A DNA stretch of 64,000 bases. It comes from Patescibacteria group bacterium. GTDB taxonomy: Bacteria; Patescibacteriota; Patescibacteriia; Patescibacteriales; UBA12465. Below, piece after piece: positions 1-9,723 of this stretch; position 1 is the stretch's first letter, and each line of letters opens with the position of its first letter. The translations under genes were made by a program, and so were the position numbers. The notes below the pieces were generated by a model. It ran no database searches. It was not told where the DNA came from and saw only the letters and a program-made list of their open reading frames with translations. The DNA lies in contig JBMNFV010000001.1 of NCBI GenBank assembly GCA_050949505.1, forward strand, positions 94,284 to 158,283. Direction: 5' to 3'.

Positions 1-1
1 A

Positions 2-694
2 GAAAAGAGCCGTGACTGGCTAGACTTGCAAATGCGCGTAGAGGGACGAATTATTTTACCCCTACTTCAATCCTTCGCTTATTCTTATACCTTAATTGGT
101 GGTAAAAATCCCCGAATTCTTAAATACAATAAACTTTCTTTAGTTAAAAAGGTAAGCGCCTGGGTAACTGACACCTTTGCTGGCAATACTAAAACCTATA
201 ATCTTAATGCTTATTACCGCTATCAATTAATGAACGCTAAGCGGAGCATTAAGATAGTTACCCCCTATCTCTTGCCCCCACGTCGACTCTTAGCCGCCCT
301 TGATCAAGCGCGTCTTCAGGGAGTAGATATTCAAATTATTATTCCCAATAATACTGATGTTTATAGCCTTAATCGTATTAATTATTTAAATGCCTGTCGC
401 TTGTCTTCTTTAGGGATTAAATTCTATCTCATCCCTCACATGAATCACGCTAAAATGATTATTGTTGACGATGAGGAAGCTTTAGTTGGGTCCCAAAATA
501 TGGACATTCTTTCTTTTCGCTTTAATATGGAGGTGGGGGTATTCTTTAAACATAAAAAGCTAGTTGCCGATTTAGTAAAAATATTTGACCGCTGGAAAGA
601 CGAGTCAATTAATTTCAATTCTACCTACAGAAAGATCAATCTTCTTGATCGGTTTCTAATTAGAATCTTAAAAATATTCTACCCTATTTTATAA
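2..694 (+). CDS. Phospholipase D / cardiolipin synthase family protein, C-terminal part (5' end upstream of window)
   Basis: Reading frame is open from nt 2. HKD-type motif HAKMIIVDDEEALVGSQNMD (HxK-x4-D...GSxN) is typical of the second PLD/Cls catalytic repeat. Confidence 0.75.
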   Translation, partial: EKSRDWLDLQMRVEGRIILPLLQSFAYSYTLIGGKNPRILKYNKLSLVKKVSAWVTDTFAGNTKTYNLNAYYRYQLMNAKRSIKIVTPYLLPPRRLLAALDQARLQGVDIQIIIPNNTDVYSLNRINYLNACRLSSLGIKFYLIPHMNHAKMIIVDDEEALVGSQNMDILSFRFNMEVGVFFKHKKLVADLVKIFDRWKDESINFNSTYRKINLLDRFLIRILKIFYPIL

Positions 695-793
695 GCCCCT
701 AGTTAATAGCTGAAAGAATGACAAGTCTAGACTGACTTGTTTTTTTTGCTATTTTCCGCTATACTGTCTGTATTATTTTTTGATTTTTTTATC

Positions 794-3280
794 ATGGCTA
801 ATAATTTTATTAAAATAAAGGGAGCTCGAACTAATAACTTGAAAAATATTAATTTAGAGATACCAAGGCATAAATTAATAGTAATTACTGGCTTATCTGG
901 TTCGGGTAAGTCTTCACTAGCTTTTGATACTATCTACGCTGAAGGACAAAGACGCTATGTTGAGTCTCTGTCTTCTTATGCTCGCCAGTTTGTTGGCCTA
1001 ATGAACAAGCCTGACCTTGATTTAATTGAAGGCCTTTCTCCAGCCATTTCCATAGACCAACGGACTGTAGGCAATAATCCTCGCTCTACCGTTGGAACCA
1101 TTACCGAAATCTATAACTATCTCCGCCTCTTGTACGCTCAGCTTGGCGAACCGTTTTGTCCATATTGCCAAGTGAAGTTAAAAAAAGAGATTGTTAAACA
1201 TAAAAAAACTAAACTAGTCCGGGGAAGAAAAATAAATACCATTAAGCTTGATAAATATTTTAATTGCCCCCAATGTGACTATCGCCGTCCTGAACTAGAA
1301 CCACGCGACTTTTCCTTTAATTCTGGTCATGGCGCCTGCCCTACTTGTAGTGGTTTAGGAATTAATTCTGAGCTAGACCCAGGATTAGTTTTTAATTGCA
1401 ATCTCAGTATCTTAGAAGGAGCTATTAAGCCTCTAGCCTATCTTAACCCTGGCAATAATCCCCTCTTCTCGGACCTAGCCTGTCTGGCTAAGCGTCACGA
1501 CTTTGACTTACGGGCCGCCATTAAAGACTTGCCTGAGTGTAAAAAAGAGTTAATTTTATTAGGCGACTCTGAATTTCCTGGCATCCTTAAAATTATCAAT
1601 GATCGCTATGAGGAAACTAAGTCTCAATTTGTTAGACAAGAGATTGAAAAGTCTAAGCGAGACTCTCTTTGCCCCACTTGTCAGGGTGCTCGCCTTAAGC
1701 TAGAGTCTTTGGCTGTTAAATTAAATAAACTATCAATTATTGACCTAGGCAATCAGTCTCTATTGGATTTAAAAAAAACCCTAAGCACTTGGCTGCTTAG
1801 CCCTTATTTTAAAAAACATCAAGCGGTAGCTGAGCCTATTATTAACGAGGTTTTAAAAAACTTAGACCTTTTAATTAGCGTTGGACTAAGTTATCTAACC
1901 CTAAATCGTGGTGCAATTACCTTATCTGGCGGCGAAGCTCAACGCATTCGCCTAGCCACTCAAGTGGGCTCTTCCTTATCTGGTGTTTTATATATCCTTG
2001 ACGAGCCTTCAATTGGCTTACATCAAAAAGATAATGAACAGTTAATAAAAACTCTTAAGGCTCTGCGAGATAACGATAATACGGTAATAGTGGTAGAGCA
2101 TGATGCTGCCACTATGCTAGCGGCTGACCATTTAGTAGACATTGGCCCTGGTGCTGGAGACAGTGGCGGAGAATTAATTTTTTCTGGCCCCCCTCAAGAA
2201 ATTCTCAAGGCCCCTCACTCTTTAACTGGTGATTATTTATCTGGCCGAAAAAAAATTAACCGTCCTAATAATTATCGCCCTGGAAAGGGTCAGTCGTTAA
2301 AAATTATTGGCGCCGAAGAACATAATCTCAAAAAAATTGACGTAGCTATCCCCTTAGGGAAACTAGTCGCCATTACTGGAGTGTCTGGGTCTGGTAAATC
2401 TACTCTGATGAATGATATTTTAGCTAAAGCTTTAAGCAAAAAACTGCACCGAGCCAAGGTTGAGGTTGGCAAGCACCAAGAGCTACAAGGATTAGAACAA
2501 CTTGATAAGGTAATTAATATTGATCAATCTCCAATTGGTCGAACTCCCCGTTCTAATCCAGCCACCTATACTGGCCTCTTTACTAACATCCGAGATATTT
2601 TTGCTAATTTACCAGCGGCAAAACAACAAGGACTTAGTGCGGGACATTTTTCTTTTAACGTCACTGGCGGACGCTGTGAAAATTGTGCTGGCGATGGCTT
2701 GATTAAGGTAGAAATGCAATTCCTGACTGACGTTTACCTAACTTGCGATGTTTGTAGTGGGCAAAGATTCCAAGAGAAAGTCTTGAACATTACTTATCAA
2801 GGAAAAAATATCTTTGAGGTTTTAAATATGACCGTAGCGGAAGCGAAGCTTTTCTTTAGGGACCATTCCATCCTTAAACAAAAATTCAAAACCCTAGAAG
2901 AGGTTGGCTTAGGCTATATTAAACTCGGCCAAAGTGCCACCACCTTCTCTGGCGGAGAGGCTCAGCGAATAAAGTTGGCCACCGAACTGTCTCGCCGCTC
3001 AACTGGCAAAACTCTATATATTTTAGATGAACCCACTACTGGTCTTCATTTTGCTGATATTGAACGCCTGCTTAAGGTTTTAAATCTTTTAGTAGACCAA
3101 GGTAATACTGTTTTAGTGGTTGAACATAACTTAGATTTAATAAAGTCGGCTGATTGGGTTATTGACCTTGGTCCAGGCGGAGGTGAGGCAGGCGGCCATT
3201 TAATTGCCGCTGGTACTCCCTTAGAAATTGCTAACTGCCCCAAGAGCTTTACTGGTAAATACCTCAAAGCTGTTTTATAG
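794..3280 (+). CDS. uvrA: Excinuclease ABC subunit A (UvrA), short form lacking the UvrB-binding domain
   Basis: Two Walker A motifs ([27 protein letters not shown]), two [11 protein letters not shown] signatures and CxxC zinc modules. The likely start is ATG 794 ([19 protein letters not shown]), not the TTG at 737. Confidence 0.9.
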   Translation: MANNFIKIKGARTNNLKNINLEIPRHKLIVITGLSGSGKSSLAFDTIYAEGQRRYVESLSSYARQFVGLMNKPDLDLIEGLSPAISIDQRTVGNNPRSTVGTITEIYNYLRLLYAQLGEPFCPYCQVKLKKEIVKHKKTKLVRGRKINTIKLDKYFNCPQCDYRRPELEPRDFSFNSGHGACPTCSGLGINSELDPGLVFNCNLSILEGAIKPLAYLNPGNNPLFSDLACLAKRHDFDLRAAIKDLPECKKELILLGDSEFPGILKIINDRYEETKSQFVRQEIEKSKRDSLCPTCQGARLKLESLAVKLNKLSIIDLGNQSLLDLKKTLSTWLLSPYFKKHQAVAEPIINEVLKNLDLLISVGLSYLTLNRGAITLSGGEAQRIRLATQVGSSLSGVLYILDEPSIGLHQKDNEQLIKTLKALRDNDNTVIVVEHDAATMLAADHLVDIGPGAGDSGGELIFSGPPQEILKAPHSLTGDYLSGRKKINRPNNYRPGKGQSLKIIGAEEHNLKKIDVAIPLGKLVAITGVSGSGKSTLMNDILAKALSKKLHRAKVEVGKHQELQGLEQLDKVINIDQSPIGRTPRSNPATYTGLFTNIRDIFANLPAAKQQGLSAGHFSFNVTGGRCENCAGDGLIKVEMQFLTDVYLTCDVCSGQRFQEKVLNITYQGKNIFEVLNMTVAEAKLFFRDHSILKQKFKTLEEVGLGYIKLGQSATTFSGGEAQRIKLATELSRRSTGKTLYILDEPTTGLHFADIERLLKVLNLLVDQGNTVLVVEHNLDLIKSADWVIDLGPGGGEAGGHLIAAGTPLEIANCPKSFTGKYLKAVL

Positions 3281-3294
3281 TTATATTTTTAAAT

Positions 3295-3328
3295 TAAAAA
3301 ACCAGCCTTTTTATTAGCTGGTTTTTTA
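3295..3328. terminator. Bidirectional rho-independent terminator between uvrA and the convergent minus-strand operon
   Basis: aaaaaaccagc...gctggtttttt hairpin flanked by an A-run and a T-run. Confidence 0.7.
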
Positions 3329-3334
3329 TTTCTA

Positions 3335-3910
3335 TTATTTCCCCGTTCTTAACTTAATTTCATAGCTCATTTGCTCTAATTTCCGCAAATGCCCTCTAGC
3401 TTGGTCATACTTAGTTCGCAAATAGCTAGTTAGATCAAAGTCTATTAACTGTCCCATAATTCCCTCGGCTATCATTTTTATCTCCCCCACTGCCGAAAAG
3501 TTTCCCTGAGCGGCTTGATTAGTAGCATAGCGAACTAATTCCCCTATCGCATCACAAAGCCCTCCTAGATAAGCCTCATATTCAAAGTTCAACTTAGCAA
3601 CTGAATTAATTGCCTCACCCTTAATTAACTGTGAAAAGATCTTGGCCTCTAAGTATTCCTCGGCCGCTGCCCGATAGGCCCCCTCTTTCACTAACCGATT
3701 AGCCCCAAAGCTCTCATCTAGCTGGCTTAAAGTCTTTTCTACTTCTTCTAAGCCTTGTTCAGCTTGTTTAGAATCTTGTCGCTGTAGGGCAAAAATTATC
3801 TTCTTAGACTGAAATAATACTTCATTAGCAGTGCTAATAATCTGTCGTCGCTTAGACTCATTGGCCTGATAATCAGCTTTTAATTCATTTAAAAAATTTT
3901 CTTCTATCAT
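3335..3910 (-). CDS. Translin/TRAX family protein (C3PO-like nucleic-acid-binding protein / putative nuclease)
   Basis: YLGGLCDAIGELVRY matches the TRAX/translin YLxGxxDxxGELxR signature. The C-terminal LRTKYDQARGHLRKLEQMSYEI resembles the translin LRKxYD...K.E..Y tail. An acidic EEYLE motif lies upstream. Confidence 0.7.
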   Translation of the reverse strand: MIEENFLNELKADYQANESKRRQIISTANEVLFQSKKIIFALQRQDSKQAEQGLEEVEKTLSQLDESFGANRLVKEGAYRAAAEEYLEAKIFSQLIKGEAINSVAKLNFEYEAYLGGLCDAIGELVRYATNQAAQGNFSAVGEIKMIAEGIMGQLIDFDLTSYLRTKYDQARGHLRKLEQMSYEIKLRTGK

Positions 3911-3912
3911 AT

Positions 3913-6900
3913 TTATGTCGCTCTAAATATTTCTGATAAACTAGTTTCTCCCGCTAACGCTTTTAAAATTCCATCTTGTAGCACTGTCACCATCCCATTC
4001 TTTATCGCTGCTTGCTCAATTTCATAGTCAGTCACTCGCTCTACTTGAACTAACTTTTGAATTTCCGGAGTCATTACTATGGCTTCATATAGTCCAATTC
4101 TCCCCTTATATCCTATCCCCCCACAATGCTCACAGCCAACTCCTTCATAAAATTCTAATTTTTCAGGAACCACTACTTGAGGATTATTAATCTCCGCCAA
4201 GGCCTCCTTGACTCTAGCCTCATCTTCAGCTGAGATTGCTGCCACTTGTTTGCAATGGGGGCAGAGTCGTCTAACCAGTCTCTGACCGATTGTATACTCA
4301 ATTGCATTAGCTAATATCTGTCTATCTAGTCCCAGTCCCGCAAAGCGAGAAATTGCTCCAGCGGCACTATTAGCATGAATAGTTGAGAGAACTAAGTGTC
4401 CCGTCATCGCTGCCTCCATAGAAATTTTAGCAGTCTCCTGGTCACGAATTTCTCCGATCATCATAATATTAGGGTTTTGCCTTAATAATGATCGCATTGC
4501 AGCGGCAAAAGTATAGCCCCGAGATTCATCTATTTGAGTTTGCATGATTCCGGCTAATTGATACTCTATCGGATCTTCAACGGTAATAATTTTTACATCT
4601 GGTTGATTTAACTTATTTAAAATACTATATAAAGTTGTGGTCTTTCCACTGCCAGTGGGCCCGGTGGTTAAAATAATTCCCCTGGTGCTCTTCATCGCTT
4701 TCTCTAGTGAACTTTGAGTGATGGGGGTGATTCCCAATTTTTCCATTTCCAAGTTAACCGCACTAGTTGATAACATTCTAATTACAATCGTCTCTCCATA
4801 ACCACCAGCAACTATTGATAAGCGACAATCAATCTTTTTGTTTGGCAAATAGACACTAAACCGACCATCAAAGGTAGCCCGTTTAATATTAGTTTCTGTT
4901 CCCGCTAAAATCTTAATCTCCGACAATAAAGGCAGGTAGCTAGTTTTTGGTAACTGGAAAATATCATGCATCACGCCATCAATTCTAAACCGGATATTAA
5001 CACTATCTTCCCGTGGGTCAATATGGATATCACCTGCATCCTTCAGCGCCGCCAAAGTCATCACAAAGCCCATTAGTTCTGAGCTAGGGATTTCCTTGGC
5101 CTGCGCAACTATTTGTTCATTGCTTTTATTGATCTCCTGATATCTCTGATAATCTGCCTCTTTGATCTTTACCCCTCGGCCTATGGTTTGCGAGATAACA
5201 ATATCGTAAAGCTCATCTATGTAGTCAAAGTTGCCAATTACCCGATAGACCTCTGCTAAAGAACTTTGCCCGGCTAAGACCTTTAAAACTCCGTCTTGGA
5301 GCATAGTGATCATCCCATTTTCAATGGCCTGCTGCAGAATCTTAAATGCTGGAGCCTTGTCTATGGTTAGCTGCTTAAGCTTATCATCCATGGTAAAGAC
5401 TTCATATATCCCCAATCGCCCTTTGTAGCCAGTAAAGTTGCATTGCCTACAGCCCTCGCCTGATTGATAAATAGTTGGTAAGTTAGCTGGAATATTTAAC
5501 CCTGCCCGAGGAGAGACTACCGCTAAAATCTTATGCACCTGCTCCTCTTCCTCAGCTGATAATAGTTGCTCTTGTCGGCAATAGGGGCAAAGTCGCCTAA
5601 TTAAGCGCTGACCAATAACTGCATTAATAGAGGGCACGAGAAAATATGGCTTAACCCCAATATCAATTAATCTAGGAATTACTCCAGCGGCATCGTTAGT
5701 ATGCAAGGTTGATAAAACCAGGTGTCCCGTTAATGAGGCTTGAACTGCTATCTCGGCTGTTTCCAGGTCTCTAATTTCACCGACCATTACTACATTAGGG
5801 TCTTGACGCAAAATTGACCGCAAGCCATCAGAGAAGGTGTAGCCCCGTTTAACATCAACTTGACTTTGATTAACTCCTTTTAATTGATACTCAATCGGGT
5901 CTTCTAGGGTAATAATTTTAGTGCCTGGTTGATTTAACTTATTAATCACTGAATACAGCGTGGTAGTTTTTCCACTACCAGTTGGTCCAGTGGTTAAAAT
6001 TAAGCCATTAGGCTTATTAATTTCCCTGTTTAATAGCGGGATAATCTCTGGTCTAAGCCCTAGGTGCTCCATTTCTAAATATGACTCAGACGAGTCTAAT
6101 AGACGCATCACCACGCTCTCGCCAAAGGCTGTCGGTAAGAAAGAGCAGCGCACATCAATTTCCTTATCTTGAAGAAAGATGGTAAAACGTCCGTCTTGAG
6201 GCTTATCTTCTATATTTATTTTAACTCGCGCTAATATTTTTAGTCGGGAAATTATTTTTTTCCATTTATCTTTATTAATCCGCGCTGCTTCTTGCAAAAC
6301 TCCATCTAAGCGGAACCTGATCGCAATCTCGCTCCCCTCAGCCTCTATATGAATATCGCTAGACTCTGACTTAAGGGCGGCGGCTAATAGCAAGGTAATA
6401 ATATCACTAACATTAACCTGATTAACCTTTTCGTTAAGACTGCGAAAATCAGCTATTTCTTTTTGGAATTTTTGTAAACTCTCCTCATTAATCTCAATTC
6501 CATTCTCATTGCGCCTAACTTTAGGTAGACGTTTATATTCTTCAATCGCGTGCTCTAGACTAGTCTTAGAAATTAAATAAACCTTCACTGAGGCAAAGTA
6601 CTTATCTCCCAATTGGTCAGCAATAACTTGCACCTCATCACTATATTCTAAACAGCCAAGACGAATACTGTCTCCATCATAATAAAAACAAACTAACTCC
6701 AAGTCTCTAGCTAAATTCTCAGCCACTAACACCAGGGCCTCAGAGCTAATCGGAAAGCCTAGCAGACTAATGTAAGGCAAACCCAAAGAACTTGCTTTCG
6801 CCTGAGCAACCTTTTCTATTTCTTTTAATTTAATCTCCTCTTGCTTTTTAGCAAACCGACCGGCGACACTATCTTCGTCATCGGTCGGATTAATCAAGGA

Positions 6901-6924
6901 GTCAATTGAGGACAGTCCGCTCAT
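3913..6924 (-). CDS. Tandem-duplicated type II/IV secretion (PilB/GspE family) ATPase, two complete ATPase modules in one polypeptide
   Basis: Walker A GPTGSGKTTTLYS occurs twice. Asp/Walker B boxes are VVMVGEIRD and IMMIGEIRD; His boxes are TGHLVLSTLHTN and TGHLVLSTIHAN. There are two tetracysteine motifs (CPYC..CRQC, CPHC..CEHC) and an N-terminal T2SSE_N-like region. Confidence 0.9.
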   Translation of the reverse strand: MSGLSSIDSLINPTDDEDSVAGRFAKKQEEIKLKEIEKVAQAKASSLGLPYISLLGFPISSEALVLVAENLARDLELVCFYYDGDSIRLGCLEYSDEVQVIADQLGDKYFASVKVYLISKTSLEHAIEEYKRLPKVRRNENGIEINEESLQKFQKEIADFRSLNEKVNQVNVSDIITLLLAAALKSESSDIHIEAEGSEIAIRFRLDGVLQEAARINKDKWKKIISRLKILARVKINIEDKPQDGRFTIFLQDKEIDVRCSFLPTAFGESVVMRLLDSSESYLEMEHLGLRPEIIPLLNREINKPNGLILTTGPTGSGKTTTLYSVINKLNQPGTKIITLEDPIEYQLKGVNQSQVDVKRGYTFSDGLRSILRQDPNVVMVGEIRDLETAEIAVQASLTGHLVLSTLHTNDAAGVIPRLIDIGVKPYFLVPSINAVIGQRLIRRLCPYCRQEQLLSAEEEEQVHKILAVVSPRAGLNIPANLPTIYQSGEGCRQCNFTGYKGRLGIYEVFTMDDKLKQLTIDKAPAFKILQQAIENGMITMLQDGVLKVLAGQSSLAEVYRVIGNFDYIDELYDIVISQTIGRGVKIKEADYQRYQEINKSNEQIVAQAKEIPSSELMGFVMTLAALKDAGDIHIDPREDSVNIRFRIDGVMHDIFQLPKTSYLPLLSEIKILAGTETNIKRATFDGRFSVYLPNKKIDCRLSIVAGGYGETIVIRMLSTSAVNLEMEKLGITPITQSSLEKAMKSTRGIILTTGPTGSGKTTTLYSILNKLNQPDVKIITVEDPIEYQLAGIMQTQIDESRGYTFAAAMRSLLRQNPNIMMIGEIRDQETAKISMEAAMTGHLVLSTIHANSAAGAISRFAGLGLDRQILANAIEYTIGQRLVRRLCPHCKQVAAISAEDEARVKEALAEINNPQVVVPEKLEFYEGVGCEHCGGIGYKGRIGLYEAIVMTPEIQKLVQVERVTDYEIEQAAIKNGMVTVLQDGILKALAGETSLSEIFRAT

Positions 6925-6927
6925 AAG

Positions 6928-7905
6928 TTATTTCTTTTTTTTAACCAGTCTTTCTAATTTAGCCTTTCCTTTTCCTTCCTTTAACTCTAAGTAGAGGATC
7001 GTCCAGCTACTTATTTGAAAAGTAGTTAATAGGGCGCCAAAAGTAATGAGGATAGCAAGAATAATAATTAATGTCGCTAGGATTAAGAAAGAGGAAGTTA
7101 GGACTAGACTAACTATAATAATTGGCGACATGAGTATAACTAGCACGACTAAAAAGATAAAGCTAGCTAAAACATTAATAAGAAACATCCCCAAGGCGGC
7201 CTCTAGACTAACTAACCAATTTTCCCTAAACATCCTATAACCCTTCCTAATAGACTCTTCTACTGACAAATTCTCTAAAACATTAATTGAAATTGCGTAT
7301 TTAGCTATTAATAGTAGTACTGTCGTAGCGACCACCGCTAAGACAAAAATAATGGCGTAAATAATTACAAATAAATAGGCCTCACTTAAAAACATTAACA
7401 ATAAGGGAATGCTCGCCACTACTAATACCCCACTAACCAAGATTCCTACCAAGACATTAAGCCCTAACACTGGCCAAAATTTTTGACTGCCAATTCTCAT
7501 CCCCTTCAGCCAATTCAAATTAATCTCTTTCTTTTGACTAGCTGTTATTTTCTTAACTGCATCTACTATTGCTGACTGAGAAGAAACCGCTAACCAAGCA
7601 AGGAGAAAAATGAAGGTTAGCAGTAGAATGATTACTGTTAACGCATTGATTCCTAATAAAATATTTTGCTGAAAAATACTCGCGATTCCCAGAATAAAGA
7701 CATTTAAGAAAGTTACTACCATCATTAAGCTGCCTGCTCCTAAAAAGGAGCCCTCGGTAGACTGCCCTAAGCCTTCAGTAATAAATTGAGACTCCAGGGA
7801 ACCTCCAATCACTGTTAGTGAGGCAAATAGTCCAAAAATCCACAAATATTTATGGCGCCAAGACAAAGCTAAGGCTTTTTTAAAAATAAGACGATATGAA
7901 AACAT
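6928..7905 (-). CDS. Polytopic integral membrane protein of unknown function
   Basis: The 325-aa ORF is dominated by hydrophobic helices with a lysine-rich C-terminus. It lies 3 nt upstream of the tandem ATPase gene on the same strand. Confidence 0.6.
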   Translation of the reverse strand: MFSYRLIFKKALALSWRHKYLWIFGLFASLTVIGGSLESQFITEGLGQSTEGSFLGAGSLMMVVTFLNVFILGIASIFQQNILLGINALTVIILLLTFIFLLAWLAVSSQSAIVDAVKKITASQKKEINLNWLKGMRIGSQKFWPVLGLNVLVGILVSGVLVVASIPLLLMFLSEAYLFVIIYAIIFVLAVVATTVLLLIAKYAISINVLENLSVEESIRKGYRMFRENWLVSLEAALGMFLINVLASFIFLVVLVILMSPIIIVSLVLTSSFLILATLIIILAILITFGALLTTFQISSWTILYLELKEGKGKAKLERLVKKKK

Positions 7906-8003
7906 ATTTATTTTTATTTAATTGAAAAACTTAATAAAGTCTGATAGTATTATAGCATAATCTGACAATTTACACCAAGTCATTATCATAACCATCTCTC
8001 CTT

Positions 8004-9704
8004 ATGTCTAAAACTTTAAACAAACTAAAATCTGTTATTACTCAAGCCCTATCCCTAGATCAGCTCGGGTTTTCCTATCCACCAAATAATAACTTAGGCG
8101 AACTTAGTTTGTCTTTTTTTGATCTAGCTAAAAGCACTAAAGAAAACCCTGCCAAACTAGCCGCTGAAGCAGCTAAAACTCTAAACAATTCTCCAAAACT
8201 AAAAGATTATTTTCAAGAAATAGCTGCTACTGGCCCTTATTTAAATTTTACTCTTAAGCCAAGCTTTTTAGCAGAAAGCCTCTTAACGGAGATTAAAGCG
8301 ACCAAACATCATTACGGTCAAAAAGCTAAAATTAACGAAGCTCCAATCTTAATAGAATATTCTAATGGAAATACTCATAAAGAGTATCATATTGGTCATC
8401 TCCGAAATATCTCCTATGGGGCCGCTGTTACTCAGCTACTACTCGCCAACGGTCGCCATTCTATTCCAATCTCCTATCTTAATGACTTTGGAATTCACGT
8501 AGCTAAAACTATTTGGCACTGGAAAAACTCTCCTAAGCTACAGGCCAGTCAAGAAAACAAGGGCTATTTATTGGGTCATTGCTATAGTGAGGCTAGTAAA
8601 AAGCTAGTAGAGCATCCTGAGGATTTAGCGGCTGTTTTGAAAATCATGACTAATATTGAACAGCGCCAAGGAGCGGATTATGAGCTTTGGCAAGAAACTC
8701 GTCGCTGGAGCATTGATTATTTTAATTCCATCTATCAGGAGCTAGGTATTAAATTTGACCATACTTTTTATGAAAATGAATGCCTGGCTGAAGGTTTAGA
8801 AATAGTGGAAAATCTAAAGAGTCAAGGCATTCTCACCCTTAGCGATGGTGCTATTATTGCTAACTTGGAGTCTAGCGACTTAGGTGTTCTTCCTATTATC
8901 AGAAGTGGCGGCACGGCCCTGTACCCCGTCGCTGACCTGGCCCTGATGTCACAAAAAGAGCGCCGTTATCAGCCTCAGGAATCTATTTATGTCGTTGATG
9001 TTCGCCAAAGCCTCTACTTTAAACAATTAGCTAAGCTAGCTGAACTGATGGGCCACCAAACTATCATTCGCCACTTAGCTTATGATTTCGTTACCCTGCC
9101 TGACGGCTTAATGTCTAGCCGGAGTGGTAATATTATTACCTATCAAGAACTCCGCGATCAAATCTATGAAAAATTAACTGAAGAAACTAAGCGACGACAT
9201 CCCGAGTGGTCAACTAACCGAGTACATCAAGTTGCCTGGCAGTTAAGTTTAGCGACTATTAAATTTGAAATGCTAAAAGTTGGTGCTGATAAAATTATTA
9301 CCTTTAACTTAACTGAAGCACTCCGCTTTGATGGCTATACCGCCTGTTATTTATTATATAGCTATGTTCGCCTGCAAAGTTTAATCAACAAGGCCCCCTT
9401 TATTTGGCCTTGGACAAGTATTAATTATTCCTTGCTAAAAACTCAAAAAGAAAAGGCTCTACTAATGAAGCTCGCTCGCTATCCAGAGACCATTAGTCTA
9501 GCGGGCGAGCGCTATAATCCAACTGAATTAACTAAATATTTATTTGAGTTAGCTCAATTAACTAACGACTACTACCATGAAACTAATATTCTTAAAACTG
9601 AACCTAAGACCCGACTAGCTCGCCTAGCTCTTATTAAAGGAGTTTCTCAGGTTTTAGCTAATGGCTTTAAGATTCTTGGATTACCCTTGGTAACTGAAAT
9701 GTAA
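8004..9704 (+). CDS. argS: Arginine--tRNA ligase
   Basis: Class I HIGH-type motif EYHIGHLRN, MSSRSG (the KMSKS equivalent of ArgRS), and length and C-terminal anticodon-binding region typical of ArgRS. Confidence 0.9.
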   Translation: MSKTLNKLKSVITQALSLDQLGFSYPPNNNLGELSLSFFDLAKSTKENPAKLAAEAAKTLNNSPKLKDYFQEIAATGPYLNFTLKPSFLAESLLTEIKATKHHYGQKAKINEAPILIEYSNGNTHKEYHIGHLRNISYGAAVTQLLLANGRHSIPISYLNDFGIHVAKTIWHWKNSPKLQASQENKGYLLGHCYSEASKKLVEHPEDLAAVLKIMTNIEQRQGADYELWQETRRWSIDYFNSIYQELGIKFDHTFYENECLAEGLEIVENLKSQGILTLSDGAIIANLESSDLGVLPIIRSGGTALYPVADLALMSQKERRYQPQESIYVVDVRQSLYFKQLAKLAELMGHQTIIRHLAYDFVTLPDGLMSSRSGNIITYQELRDQIYEKLTEETKRRHPEWSTNRVHQVAWQLSLATIKFEMLKVGADKIITFNLTEALRFDGYTACYLLYSYVRLQSLINKAPFIWPWTSINYSLLKTQKEKALLMKLARYPETISLAGERYNPTELTKYLFELAQLTNDYYHETNILKTEPKTRLARLALIKGVSQVLANGFKILGLPLVTEM

Positions 9705-9723
9705 TAATTAATTTCTTAACGAT

